Part shown: positions 26,773 through 35,615 of the stretch, piece by piece
Position numbering within the stretch: position 1 is the first letter of the stretch
Layout of the letters: each line of letters begins with the position of its first letter
Source of the DNA: a virus
Taxonomy: Duplodnaviria > Caudoviricetes
Virus record (IMG/VR): IMGVR_UViG_3300037722_000853
Span: 1-53,903 of that record
Direction: 5' to 3' (one strand)
DNA length: 53,903 nt
Translations under genes and position numbers: made by a program
The notes under the pieces: model-generated
What the model was told of the DNA's origin: nothing
What the model saw: the letters and a program-made list of their open reading frames with translations, nothing else
Database searches by the model: none

Positions 26773-27416
26773 CAGACGAAAGCGACAAAACAATCACCTG
26801 GTTCAGGACCAGCCCTGATGCCGGGCCGGACTGCATTTGCTCACTCTGTGGCAAGCCGATCCTCGAAGGCGACGTCGGCCCCATCCGCGCCTGGGACGAT
26901 GAAGCGCCAGACCTGGAGCTTCGTTTCCACTACGCTTGTTTCAAAGATGTAGAAAAGGATCCCGGAGCGTACACGGCCGTCGCTGCCGAACGCGCCTGCC
27001 GGGAATGCGGCTGCACCGATTCGCACGGCTGCCCCGAGGGCTGCTACTGGGTCGAGGCGGACCTGTGCAGCAGTTGCGCTGAGCCGCTGCCAGACGCGGC
27101 CCGGCTCGACTTTGGCCCCTGCTGCGCCTGCGGCCGCACCGGCGACAGCGTGCGCAATCTCATGATGCTGGACTTCACCGCGCCGCAGCCTGGCACCGGC
27201 TGGGGCTGCCTTCAGTGCGGCCTGCCGATGGATGGGGCCACGGCCGTTATCTGTGACGACTGCCTGGAAGCTGAAGCGGATATTTTGTTTGTCATTGACG
27301 GCCAGCCGTTGGACGGCAAGCGGCTGCCGATGGAGGAGGCGCGGGGACGGGCCGGGGGACGGCCGTTTGGTCACAATTTGAACATGCACCCCGAGGTAAC
27401 CGGAGGATTAAACTGA
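26769..27416 (+). CDS. Cys-rich hypothetical protein
   Basis: CRECGCT..HGC..GCYWVEADLCSSC and further CxxC motifs. Confidence 0.7.
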   Translation: MTDESDKTITWFRTSPDAGPDCICSLCGKPILEGDVGPIRAWDDEAPDLELRFHYACFKDVEKDPGAYTAVAAERACRECGCTDSHGCPEGCYWVEADLCSSCAEPLPDAARLDFGPCCACGRTGDSVRNLMMLDFTAPQPGTGWGCLQCGLPMDGATAVICDDCLEAEADILFVIDGQPLDGKRLPMEEARGRAGGRPFGHNLNMHPEVTGGLN

Positions 27417-27700
27417 TGAGCGAATTTCAGGAAAAATATGTAAAGCTGGCCCACGCGGTGCAAACCGGTATCGCGTCTTGTATCGCGGCCGGTTGGAGTG
27501 GCGCAACACCAAAGCACCTACGTGTCGGGATTGATACGTCAAAATCCGATCACGGGGCACTGGTGAAGCTCTTGATCGAAAAGGGGGTCATCACCGAAGA
27601 TGAGTATGGGCGGGCCCTCCTTGAGGGGCTGGAAAACGAGATCAAAGGTTTCGAGCGTCTGTTTGAGCATCTGACCGGCAAGACCGCGAAATTTTATTAG
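27416..27700 (+). CDS. Hypothetical phage protein
   Basis: GGAGG RBS; PKHLRVG..ALVKLLIEKGVIT. Confidence 0.65.
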   Translation: MSEFQEKYVKLAHAVQTGIASCIAAGWSGATPKHLRVGIDTSKSDHGALVKLLIEKGVITEDEYGRALLEGLENEIKGFERLFEHLTGKTAKFY

Positions 27701-27710
27701 GAGCAACCCC

Positions 27711-27896
27711 ATGACCACCCAGGCCAAGCCCGACCTCGTCGATGTCCTGGCTGGCCTCATCGCCAGCCAGCACCCGCGCAAACTCAAGCCGCTCTCTGGC
27801 GGCCTCATCCTCGCCTACACGCCCGGCAGCCACAACCGGGCCGAGCCAGGTATCTACCGGCTCACGCTGTCGCGCCCAGGATTGGTAAAGGATTAA
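27711..27896 (+). CDS. Hypothetical protein
   Basis: AGGAGCAAC RBS. Confidence 0.5.
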   Translation: MTTQAKPDLVDVLAGLIASQHPRKLKPLSGGLILAYTPGSHNRAEPGIYRLTLSRPGLVKD

Positions 27897-27899
27897 TCT

Positions 27900-28367
27900 A
27901 TGCCCACTTACGCCTCGAAAACCGAAGTTTCTTCAGACAAGAGCCGCGCCGAAATCGAGCGTACCCTGGCCCGCTACGGTGCCAGCTCCTTCATGTACGG
28001 CTGGGACCAGCTGCGCGCCCTCATCGCCTTCGAGATGCACGGCCGTCGCCTGAAATTTATCCTCCCCATGCCCAACCGTGACGACTTCAAACGCACCCCG
28101 ACAAAACGCCAGCTGCGCAGCGCGACCGCCGCCGAAGCCGCCTACGAGCAAGCCGTGCGCCAGCGCTGGCGCGCCCTGGCCCTGGTCATTAAAGCCAAGC
28201 TGGAAGCGGTCGAGGCGGGTATCGCTGAGTTTGAAGAGGAGTTCCTGGCTCACATCGTTTTGCCTGACGGCCGTACCGTTGGCGACTTCATGGTGCCTCA
28301 GATAGCGGCCGTTTATGAAAGCGGCCGTATGCCGCCCCTGCTGCTAGTTGGCAGCGTCGAGGAATAA
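27900..28367 (+). CDS. Conserved hypothetical phage protein
   Basis: YASKTEV..KSRAEIE..L.RYGA...WRAL.LVIKAKLEAVE.GI..FEEEFL. Confidence 0.75.
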   Translation: MPTYASKTEVSSDKSRAEIERTLARYGASSFMYGWDQLRALIAFEMHGRRLKFILPMPNRDDFKRTPTKRQLRSATAAEAAYEQAVRQRWRALALVIKAKLEAVEAGIAEFEEEFLAHIVLPDGRTVGDFMVPQIAAVYESGRMPPLLLVGSVEE

Positions 28368-28407
28368 AAAAAAACGGCCGTGTCATTGACACGGCCGTTT
28401 TTGTTTT
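28366..28407. terminator. Bidirectional terminator built from two ACGGCCGT copies
   Basis: AAAAACGGCCGTGTCA-T-TGACACGGCCGTTTTT between convergent genes. Confidence 0.85.
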
Positions 28408-28423
28408 CAATCTTTTGCGGGAA

Positions 28424-28663
28424 TCAAACATCCCCCGGTGGACCATCCCCCACCACCCCCGCCTGGCGCAGGCACTCAGCCAATCTCGGATCGGCCCGGT
28501 AAACGGCCGCCAATTTATCCAGCATCTGTGCCGGAGAGGGCAGGCCGTAGGCCGCGCCCGGCGTGCCGTTAAAAAACTCCAGCGCGCTGGCCATCTCTGC
28601 CAGCACAGGCTGCGTCTCCTCCCGAATGCCAACCTTGTAGTAGTAGCGGTATTTTCTGGTCAT
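28424..28663 (-). CDS. Putative small repressor, leaderless
   Basis: Lone divergent gene; ATG 6 nt after the -10 box; operator in its promoter. Confidence 0.6.
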   Translation of the reverse strand: MTRKYRYYYKVGIREETQPVLAEMASALEFFNGTPGAAYGLPSPAQMLDKLAAVYRADPRLAECLRQAGVVGDGPPGDV

Positions 28664-28669
28664 GGTGAA

Positions 28670-28756
28670 AATATAGCACGTTGGTACCAACTCTGTCAAG
28701 ATCAAAAACTGGCGCTTGACATCGTTGGTACCAACGTGTATAATGTTGGTACCAAC
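28670..28756. promoter_or_regulatory. Divergent promoters with three GTTGGTACCAAC operators
   Basis: Operators at 28680-28691, 28724-28735, 28745-28756; plus strand TTGACA(28716)-17-TATAAT(28739); minus strand TTGACA(28699)-18-TATATT. Confidence 0.92.
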
Positions 28757-28831
28757 AAAGAAAAGGCCACCGCCCCCACTCTCGCAAAGTAAGGCGATGG
28801 CCTACCAACAATCAGAACCCGGAGGCTCTAA

Positions 28832-29062
28832 ATGTCACAAACAATTCTAAACCACACCCTCGACGAAATCAAACGATTCAAAACCAAAACCTACAACCCC
28901 GTCAGCGCCATGCAGCGCCTCAATCGCGCCCTGGCCGAACTCATCAGCCTCGACCCATCAGACAATATGTACAGCTACCTGGCCAACTGCTACAACCAAA
29001 AGCTAGACCTCTACCACATCAATGGCCGCGCCGGTTCCCTCCTCCCCCAGGCGGTGCAGTAA
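28832..29062 (+). CDS. Hypothetical protein, first gene after the switch
   Basis: GGAGG RBS. Confidence 0.65.
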   Translation: MSQTILNHTLDEIKRFKTKTYNPVSAMQRLNRALAELISLDPSDNMYSYLANCYNQKLDLYHINGRAGSLLPQAVQ

Positions 29063-29214
29063 TGGCCACAAACGACGCGATTGCACGCGCAAATCATCTA
29101 TTCTACGAGGCCGTGCGCAACGGCCGTACCGATACCATCCAGACAATCGCCGCCGCTATCTGGTGGCTAGTCGGCCAGCAGGTGGATTCTGAACTGGCAG
29201 GGGAGCTAATCTAA
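29062..29214 (+). CDS. 50-aa hypothetical protein
   Basis: TAATG overlap; fills the operon gap. Confidence 0.5.
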   Translation: MATNDAIARANHLFYEAVRNGRTDTIQTIAAAIWWLVGQQVDSELAGELI

Positions 29215-29215
29215 A

Positions 29216-29464
29216 ATGACCAACCCCATCGCCCACGACCCCATCACCCATTTAAGCCTCCTGCTGCGCCAGCTGCCCCTCAGCCCGATCATTGACCAGC
29301 GCACCGACGCCCGCGGCAACATCATGACCATCGTCACCCTGCGCCCGGCCATCGGCAACCCCGTCAGTGGCACGGCCCCATCATTTGCCATCGCCTGGAC
29401 CATCGCCCTCGGCCAGCTGCACCGCGCCCAGTTAGTCAGCCACATCGACGAGGTGGCCCAATGA
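29216..29464 (+). CDS. Hypothetical protein
   Basis: In operon. Confidence 0.55.
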   Translation: MTNPIAHDPITHLSLLLRQLPLSPIIDQRTDARGNIMTIVTLRPAIGNPVSGTAPSFAIAWTIALGQLHRAQLVSHIDEVAQ

Positions 29465-29826
29465 TTTACAAAGGTAAAAAACTGCGCCAGCTAATCGAAA
29501 AAATGGGAGCAGCCTCAACAGAAGGCGGGGATGTCTGGGACAAGTTTCACAAGACGCACTCCGATCATCCTGCAATTATCATCTTGCCACTTGGCGAGCT
29601 GATACGGCCGTCGGGCGACGATCTGAACGGCACGATATGGGCCTGGAAACTGCAAGATAGAATTCGCCCCGCTGCCTGGGACACTGTCGCCAATACACGT
29701 CACGGCCTGGTTTCTCAGGGAATAGAAGGCTTGATTGAGGTCGAAACAAATTTGATGGACGCGCTCCTATTTGCGCAGAACCTAGCAGATGACAGATGCT
29801 TAATCAAGTGCGAGGTGACCCAATGA
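29461..29826 (+). CDS. Hypothetical protein
   Basis: GAGGT RBS, ATGA overlap. Confidence 0.6.
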   Translation: MIYKGKKLRQLIEKMGAASTEGGDVWDKFHKTHSDHPAIIILPLGELIRPSGDDLNGTIWAWKLQDRIRPAAWDTVANTRHGLVSQGIEGLIEVETNLMDALLFAQNLADDRCLIKCEVTQ

Positions 29827-30470
29827 TCAGCCTCCTGTCGCTTACCAAATACACCGACAGCGACCTGCTGAGCGCCCGCTGGCTCGACGACGCCTACGGC
29901 ATCAAATTTGAATTCAACGCCGTGCACCACAGCGACGGCCGTCCCTTAGCCCGCACCGAGGATTGTCCAGCCCCGGTGCTGACGGCCGAGCAGCTCAGCC
30001 AGGCACAACCGTTCCAGGAACCAGCGCTCACCCAGCACCCGGCCTACGAGCTGGCCAACCTGGGAATTGAGAAGAAGCCGGAATGGAAAGCCCGCTACGA
30101 AAAGGCCGCCCGGCTGGTTGAAGAAGGCAAGGTGAGATTGACCGGTCCAGAAACGGCCGTTGTCAAAGGCGACACCGACACCTACGACGTGACCGGCACG
30201 GGCACAAGCAGCCGCTGCCGGTGCAGCTGGGCCAAACACAAAAGCGAACCATGCGCTCACGTCATGGCCACGCGCATGGCCCGCGCCCTGGGACAGGCCA
30301 TCGAAAGCCCGATGGCCCACGGCATGAAGCGGACCATCGACGTTGACACGATGTGGACCAACATCTACCGCCAGCACAACCGCGAGCAGCTGCGCCGGCG
30401 GCGCAATCGCTACGACCGCCACAGCAGAACGCGCCGCCAGACGGCCGTAGTTGGGGCAGGGGGTGATTGA
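29823..30470 (+). CDS. SWIM zinc-finger protein
   Basis: RYEKAARLV...TYDV...CRC...PCAH (CxC...CxH). Confidence 0.8.
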   Translation: MISLLSLTKYTDSDLLSARWLDDAYGIKFEFNAVHHSDGRPLARTEDCPAPVLTAEQLSQAQPFQEPALTQHPAYELANLGIEKKPEWKARYEKAARLVEEGKVRLTGPETAVVKGDTDTYDVTGTGTSSRCRCSWAKHKSEPCAHVMATRMARALGQAIESPMAHGMKRTIDVDTMWTNIYRQHNREQLRRRRNRYDRHSRTRRQTAVVGAGGD

Positions 30471-30542
30471 TGGTCGGTATTTTTTTAGCAATTCTCTTCT
30501 TTGGCATTGTATTACGAATCCTGTTTCGATTGAGGTGAACCG

Positions 30543-30968
30543 ATGAGCAACAACGAAGGCATTTTTGAACGTGTGATTATCCGTACCGTCAGCCCAGAGG
30601 GATGGCAGATCGATTTTGAGCTCAAGACCGGCCAACAGCCCAAAGCGGCTATCGACTGGCTGGAATCCAAAGGCTACGAGCCAGCACCGGCCGCAGGAAC
30701 GGCCGTTGACACCAACGCGATCTACACCTTCCCCGCCAGCCAGATGACGGCCACCATCGACGACGGCAAAGCCTACTGGAAAGTGAAGGGTGGGGATTTT
30801 TTGAAGTTCGGCATCTTCGTCTGGCCCGAGGCCCTGGAGCAATCCGGCTTCAACCTTGAGGAGCTGAACCCCATGCGGCCGTATGACTTGACCGGCTGGA
30901 CGGCCCATTACAGCATTAAGAAAAACGGCAGCCCTAAAAAGGTTGTGTTGTTAAGCCGAGACGGATAG
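30543..30968 (+). CDS. Hypothetical protein
   Basis: GAGGTG RBS. Confidence 0.7.
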   Translation: MSNNEGIFERVIIRTVSPEGWQIDFELKTGQQPKAAIDWLESKGYEPAPAAGTAVDTNAIYTFPASQMTATIDDGKAYWKVKGGDFLKFGIFVWPEALEQSGFNLEELNPMRPYDLTGWTAHYSIKKNGSPKKVVLLSRDG

Positions 30969-31047
30969 TTTGCGCGCAAACACCAGCCACCGCTGGGAAA
31001 GGAGCAACCGCCCGCCGGGTGGCGTAATACCCGGCAAAGGAGACATC

Positions 31048-31314
31048 ATGGCAGACAAAATGCAATGGCGGGTTCACACCGTGAATCTGCTGAACGAAAT
31101 AGCAGAAAGTAACGAGGGCATGGGAATTCTTACGCAACCGATTCGGATTTTCGGCAGACTGCTGGCGGCCGTTGGCGAGCGGGCAGCAGAGCTAAATGAC
31201 GAAAAGTTGAACGCGCTCATGATTCGACTGACTATCTACTCGGTTGCCGATCCAACCAGTCCTGATTACAACGCAGATGTGGTGCACGAATATCTGAAAA
31301 TACCAATCGAATAA
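31048..31314 (+). CDS. Hypothetical phage protein
   Basis: AAAGGAG RBS. Confidence 0.7.
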   Translation: MADKMQWRVHTVNLLNEIAESNEGMGILTQPIRIFGRLLAAVGERAAELNDEKLNALMIRLTIYSVADPTSPDYNADVVHEYLKIPIE

Positions 31315-31356
31315 CAGCAAAAACGGCCGTTTGGCCAAAGGAAAAAGGAACCAAGA

Positions 31357-31602
31357 ATGTCAGAGTATTATGGAGTTGGTGAGGTCCACACCGTGGAGCA
31401 ATTGAACATACTAGAACATTTTTCAGATGGGCAATATAGCAACGCCCACGCACTTGTAAATTCCGCTGAGATCGATAGCGAGATTGCGGGGGGTCCATGT
31501 GAAACATGCGGGAAAGAGCGCGAATACCGTGCCGTGTATAACGCAGAAACGTATCGCGCCTTTTCCGTTTGTCGCACGTGCGATGACGTTATTGAGTTTT
31601 AA
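31357..31602 (+). CDS. Small zinc-ribbon protein
   Basis: CETCG...CRTCD. Confidence 0.65.
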   Translation: MSEYYGVGEVHTVEQLNILEHFSDGQYSNAHALVNSAEIDSEIAGGPCETCGKEREYRAVYNAETYRAFSVCRTCDDVIEF

Positions 31603-31658
31603 CGGCCGTAACCCGGCCACCAGGCCGCAGCAGCGCAGCGGGCGGCAAAGGAGCTGTG

Positions 31659-31985
31659 ATGAGTAAATTTACACCTGGTCCGTGGAAGGTGTGGGCGGAG
31701 AATTACGAACGTAAGGATATAGAGATTCAACATAATGGCAAGGTGCCTATTATTAAGTGGGCGGGGTTCGATGAACCCTTTCGCAAGCACAGCGAACACC
31801 TTGCCAACGCCCACCTGATCGCCGCCGCGCCACATCTACTGGAGACGCTGAAGCGATTGACACAAGGCTATGAAAACTTACTGGAGCTAGACGCATTTTA
31901 CGGTGCTGATGATTGGATCGAGGCAACCAAGGATCTTGCGTCGGTAGGGCGCGAGGCCATCGCCGCCGCCGAAAAAGGCTTATAA
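31659..31985 (+). CDS. TPGPW/ANAxLIAAAP-type phage protein
   Basis: FTPGPW...ANAHLIAAAP. Confidence 0.8.
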   Translation: MSKFTPGPWKVWAENYERKDIEIQHNGKVPIIKWAGFDEPFRKHSEHLANAHLIAAAPHLLETLKRLTQGYENLLELDAFYGADDWIEATKDLASVGREAIAAAEKGL

Positions 31986-32054
31986 ACAAAAACGGCCGTT
32001 TCCCCACCTCGTCAAAAGCAAAGGGAAACGGCCGTATCACGAGGAACTAACCAC

Positions 32055-32306
32055 ATGACAGAACCATTTTACCACACCGTAACTATCAAACTGCACATTG
32101 TTTACGATGGCCACTTTTATTTCTACAATCGCCACGAAAACGGCCGTATCGTCATCGACGCCGACCGCATCAGCTCAGAGCGTGCCGCCAACATCATGAA
32201 ACTCAACGACGATGATCCGGCCGTGCAAACGAGCAAGCGGGCCATTGGCAGCGGCTGGAGCTGGATGGCCAGCGTCAATGTTCAGGTGGATGAGGAGACC
32301 GTATGA
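32055..32306 (+). CDS. Hypothetical protein
   Basis: GAGGA RBS. Confidence 0.6.
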   Translation: MTEPFYHTVTIKLHIVYDGHFYFYNRHENGRIVIDADRISSERAANIMKLNDDDPAVQTSKRAIGSGWSWMASVNVQVDEETV

Positions 32307-32626
32307 ACCCGATAACCCCCATCTTCTTTGCCCTAACCACTGCCGTCCTACTCATCACCCTCGGCTACTGGCTGCACGGCCGCCCCCAAACAACGCCCGC
32401 GACCCAGCCCGCCTGGCTTAGCCGCGAGGAAGCAGTGGACCAGCTGCGCGCCCTGCGTGGCGAGCTGGAGCTGGACGGACAGTACGGCCGTATCGAGGCA
32501 TTCTTGTTGTTCGACGTGGCCGGCTACCTGGGCCTGGATGAGCCAGAGATTCAGTCGGTGGTTGGCGCGTGTTGGGTTGGGTTTATCTGTGACCCGGCCG
32601 ATTTAGATTTGGAGGAAGAGAGCTAA
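32303..32626 (+). CDS. Membrane-anchored hypothetical protein
   Basis: N-terminal TM helix. Confidence 0.65.
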   Translation: MNPITPIFFALTTAVLLITLGYWLHGRPQTTPATQPAWLSREEAVDQLRALRGELELDGQYGRIEAFLLFDVAGYLGLDEPEIQSVVGACWVGFICDPADLDLEEES

Positions 32627-32676
32627 CGCAGTACAATGGCCATCTTCCCCAGCTCCCCCCAAACGACTGGCGACCT

Positions 32677-32707
32677 GAAAAAGCGCACTCACCTGGTGCG
32701 CTTTTTC
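32677..32707. terminator. Intrinsic terminator
   Basis: GAAAAAGCGCAC/GTGCGCTTTTTC. Confidence 0.8.
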
Positions 32708-32740
32708 GTTTCCCGCCAACGGCCGTACCCGCCCAACATA

Positions 32741-32782
32741 TTGACAAACTTCAATATATGCTATAATTAGAACACCTGTTTG
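32741..32782 (+). promoter_or_regulatory. Extended -10 promoter with LexA-type box
   Basis: TGcTATAAT (32759-32767) followed by AGAAC-ACCT-GTTTG (32769-32782); TTGACA only 15 nt upstream of the -10. Confidence 0.6.
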
Positions 32783-32877
32783 TTTCACGATGCGCAACAA
32801 ACACCAGCCCGATCAGCAACCGGCCGCTTACACCAAACAGGGTAGGGCGGCTTTTTAGATCGTGCGAGGAGGCAGCT

Positions 32878-33408
32878 ATGGAAATGCAAACTCAATTCCA
32901 CGTCACCACCACAAACGGCCGTCAGCGCGCCACCTGGCTGGAGCTGTTCGGCACTGATACCCTCCCGGTTACGGCCGCTCGCCCGCGCGAGGTCTTCTAT
33001 CGTGACGGCCGCAGCGAGTGGGTCTACGACCTGGACACGGCCGCCATCGGCGAACACGGCCGTCGCCGCCTGGCTGCCTACATCGCCGCCCGGCGCTGGG
33101 GCGTGACGTTTGAGCAGGCCCTGCGCGACGTGGGCCGTGGCTGGGCCATCAAAGCGGCCGATTGCCGGCTGGTCGAAAATTCGCCCGCTGCGACGCAGGA
33201 AACGGCCGTCGGGCCACACCTGTGCCGAAAAACGGCCGTGTGCCCAGCCCGCGCCAGAATTCGCGGCAAAGGCCGAGCGCACGGCCGTCGTGGGCAGATG
33301 TGTCAGACAGCCTATTGCACGAGCGCCGCGATTTATGGCGGCGCCTGGCGGAAATGTAGGGCAGGGGCGGGCGATCAGGCTCATACTCGTAATAACGGGA
33401 ATTACTAG
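32878..33408 (+). CDS. Hypothetical protein (monocistronic, possibly SOS-controlled)
   Basis: GAGGAGG RBS; own promoter and terminator. Confidence 0.65.
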   Translation: MEMQTQFHVTTTNGRQRATWLELFGTDTLPVTAARPREVFYRDGRSEWVYDLDTAAIGEHGRRRLAAYIAARRWGVTFEQALRDVGRGWAIKAADCRLVENSPAATQETAVGPHLCRKTAVCPARARIRGKGRAHGRRGQMCQTAYCTSAAIYGGAWRKCRAGAGDQAHTRNNGNY

Positions 33409-33497
33409 GGGTATGTTCTCAGTCGAGAGGGGGGATACTGTCCAGGCGGCGTTCGCTGCGAACGCAAACGGCCGTTACCGCAGCAGCCCCATGCAAT

Positions 33498-33530
33498 AAA
33501 AAACTCCTGGTGATCCACCAGGAGTTTTTT
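33498..33530. terminator. Bidirectional terminator
   Basis: AAAAAACTCCTGGTG/CACCAGGAGTTTTTT. Confidence 0.88.
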
Positions 33531-33561
33531 CTTTCTCGACAATCAGCAGCCCAACAGCAAT

Positions 33562-34794
33562 CTAATTCTTTGGACCAACCCAGCCCGACGGCCGTGCCCC
33601 CGGCGCAAAACGATCCACCACCTGGCCCGCGCCATCAAAATACACATCCCCGTCAAAGAAGTTGACCAGGTCAAACGGCGACCCCTCGCCGGGGTAGTTG
33701 ATCATATAACTGCCCGCCGGCGCGTCGATGACCAGCGGTACCGCATTGGGCCCTGGCTCGGCCGCCTCAATCACATTGCCGCGCACGTCAGTAAACCCCT
33801 CAAATCGCACCATCCCATCCGGCCCGGCCAGGCTCTCAGGAATATCTATCTCCACCTGGTACGGTAAATTGCGCTTGGTCGAATTGTAAACCGTGTCCGG
33901 ATCGTAGGTTCCCCCGCCCGAATAATACAGGTAAGCGGCCGCATCGGCCGGGTCACCGGCCGGGTACTGGTGAATGCGCGTCTGCCGGAACGCATAGCGC
34001 ACCAGCACGTGCGGCGCGATGGACGGCAGCGAGGCACGTCGGTAAACGCTGTTCCAGGTGGTGTTGCCGTCATCGGCCGCGCTCAGCGTCGAATGCCCCC
34101 GGTAGGGCGGCGCCTCATCATCATATGGCGGCTGCGGCGCATCTGGCAGGGCCACAATCGCCTGGGGCCCGCCCTTGTAGGGTACCACCAGCTGGCCAAA
34201 ATCCTGGTGCCCACCCGTTAGAATAATCCCCTCACGGCCGTCCAGCGAGCGCACCAGAGCCATGCCCCAGAACGAATGGAAGCGCGCCAGGGCAGCAGCG
34301 GCCGTGCCCATCGCGTGCGTCTGCACAAACGCCGCCAGCACAAAACCGGCATTGGCCACACGCGGGCTCTTGGGGTCAGCCCGGTAATCGAAGCCGCCCC
34401 ACTTGTACCCCTCGTGCTTCAGCTGATTCTCATTTGGCGTCTGCCAGAGATAGGAGATGCTCTGGCTCAGGTGCTGTATATAATCGCCAAAGACCTCGGC
34501 CAGCCACGCCTGGCCCGGATTCTGGCCATGCTCGTGATCGGCATGGTACACCCGGCGCTCGCCGTCGGCCGTTACGCCCACGGCCAGGCCGTGATACAGG
34601 CCGGGGTCGTGCAGCAAGCCCGGCAGCGGCAGCAGGTCAGGGGTAATCTCCTCTGGTGCTGGCTGGTCATAAATAAGTTCGCCCGTTGGCGGCGGCGGGG
34701 GTGGTGGTGGCGGCGGGGCATCGGGTAAATATTCAATAATGAGACGGTCGCCCGCCTCCAGCACGCTTTTTACTTGCAATGTGTAATCAGTCAC
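33562..34794 (-). CDS. Hypothetical protein with His-rich motifs and poly-Pro linker
   Basis: HADHEHG, KHEGYK, QTHAMG, ARFHSF; AAAGG RBS. Confidence 0.75.
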   Translation of the reverse strand: MTDYTLQVKSVLEAGDRLIIEYLPDAPPPPPPPPPPTGELIYDQPAPEEITPDLLPLPGLLHDPGLYHGLAVGVTADGERRVYHADHEHGQNPGQAWLAEVFGDYIQHLSQSISYLWQTPNENQLKHEGYKWGGFDYRADPKSPRVANAGFVLAAFVQTHAMGTAAAALARFHSFWGMALVRSLDGREGIILTGGHQDFGQLVVPYKGGPQAIVALPDAPQPPYDDEAPPYRGHSTLSAADDGNTTWNSVYRRASLPSIAPHVLVRYAFRQTRIHQYPAGDPADAAAYLYYSGGGTYDPDTVYNSTKRNLPYQVEIDIPESLAGPDGMVRFEGFTDVRGNVIEAAEPGPNAVPLVIDAPAGSYMINYPGEGSPFDLVNFFDGDVYFDGAGQVVDRFAPGARPSGWVGPKN

Positions 34795-34813
34795 TTTTTC
34801 ACCTTTCCTTTTG

Positions 34814-34827
34814 CGAACGGACGTTCG
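34814..34827. promoter_or_regulatory. Candidate LexA (Cheo-type) box
   Basis: CGAAC-GGAC-GTTCG matches CGAACRNRYGTTCG; 20 nt upstream of the start at 34794. Confidence 0.5.
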
Positions 34828-34952
34828 CAGCTTATTCCACTAAAACAATCATACGGCCGTCTGCGCCCGGTCTACTAAATTGCCAGGCGCACCCCTCACG
34901 GCCGTTACGAATCGAATATTTGACCAAATTCAAAAATTTAAGGTTCTGGGTA

Positions 34953-34992
34953 TTGACAACTTGATAGTTTTCATGTATTATTCAATCAAGTT
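34953..34992 (+). promoter_or_regulatory. Promoter with overlapping inverted repeat
   Basis: TTGACA-17-TATTAT; AACTTGAT/ATCAAGTT. Confidence 0.75.
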
Positions 34993-35029
34993 TAATTAAC
35001 CAGCCGAGAGGCACAAAAGGAGCAACAAA

Positions 35030-35263
35030 ATGTCTAAAATTATCGTCAGTGGAACAGCAAAAGGGTTTGGCAGCAGCAAATTCCGTTACGTTTCCGGTCT
35101 GAGCAAAGAGGCCAAAGCGGCTCTCAAGGACAATTCCGCACTGGTCATCTGCGAACGGCCTTTCAACGACAAAGACGGCAACTGGTACGTTGTGACCGAG
35201 AATCGCGGGCGCTACGGCCACCGCCTCCCCAACAGCCAGGAACGGCGCTTAATCAATCGCTAA
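35030..35263 (+). CDS. Small basic protein
   Basis: AAAGGAGCAAC RBS. Confidence 0.7.
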   Translation: MSKIIVSGTAKGFGSSKFRYVSGLSKEAKAALKDNSALVICERPFNDKDGNWYVVTENRGRYGHRLPNSQERRLINR

Positions 35264-35270
35264 GATAGCA

Positions 35271-35295
35271 GGGGGCTTCGGCCCCCATTTTCTTT
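35271..35295 (+). terminator. Terminator with UUCG loop
   Basis: GGGGGC TTCG GCCCCC ATTTTCTTT. Confidence 0.75.
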
Positions 35296-35307
35296 GTTGG
35301 AGGTATC

Positions 35308-35613
35308 ATGCACAGAGATGAGTTTGTAGCGACCTGGAACGAGGCTGCTAGTCTGGAAGAGTTTTTAGAAACGACCGGTTATACCTATGGCACGGCCGTG
35401 CAATCAGCCAGCCGATACAGGAGACGTGGCGAGTACCTGAAATACTGGCCTAAGCCGTCCAAGCCCGCGCACCCGCCAAAGCCCAAGCGGATCACCCTCA
35501 AGGAAAAAAGGGAGGCTGAAATGCATCGGGAGCGCGATGCCGAGATAAACGCCGAAACCTCTATTGCTGCAATGTTTCGTAGTGAGGACACTGCCAGATT
35601 TAGGAGATTTTAG
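35308..35613 (+). CDS. Hypothetical protein (HTH-like)
   Basis: EFVATWNEAASLEEF...ASRYRRRG; GGAGGT RBS. Confidence 0.65.
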   Translation: MHRDEFVATWNEAASLEEFLETTGYTYGTAVQSASRYRRRGEYLKYWPKPSKPAHPPKPKRITLKEKREAEMHRERDAEINAETSIAAMFRSEDTARFRRF

Positions 35614-35615
35614 AA

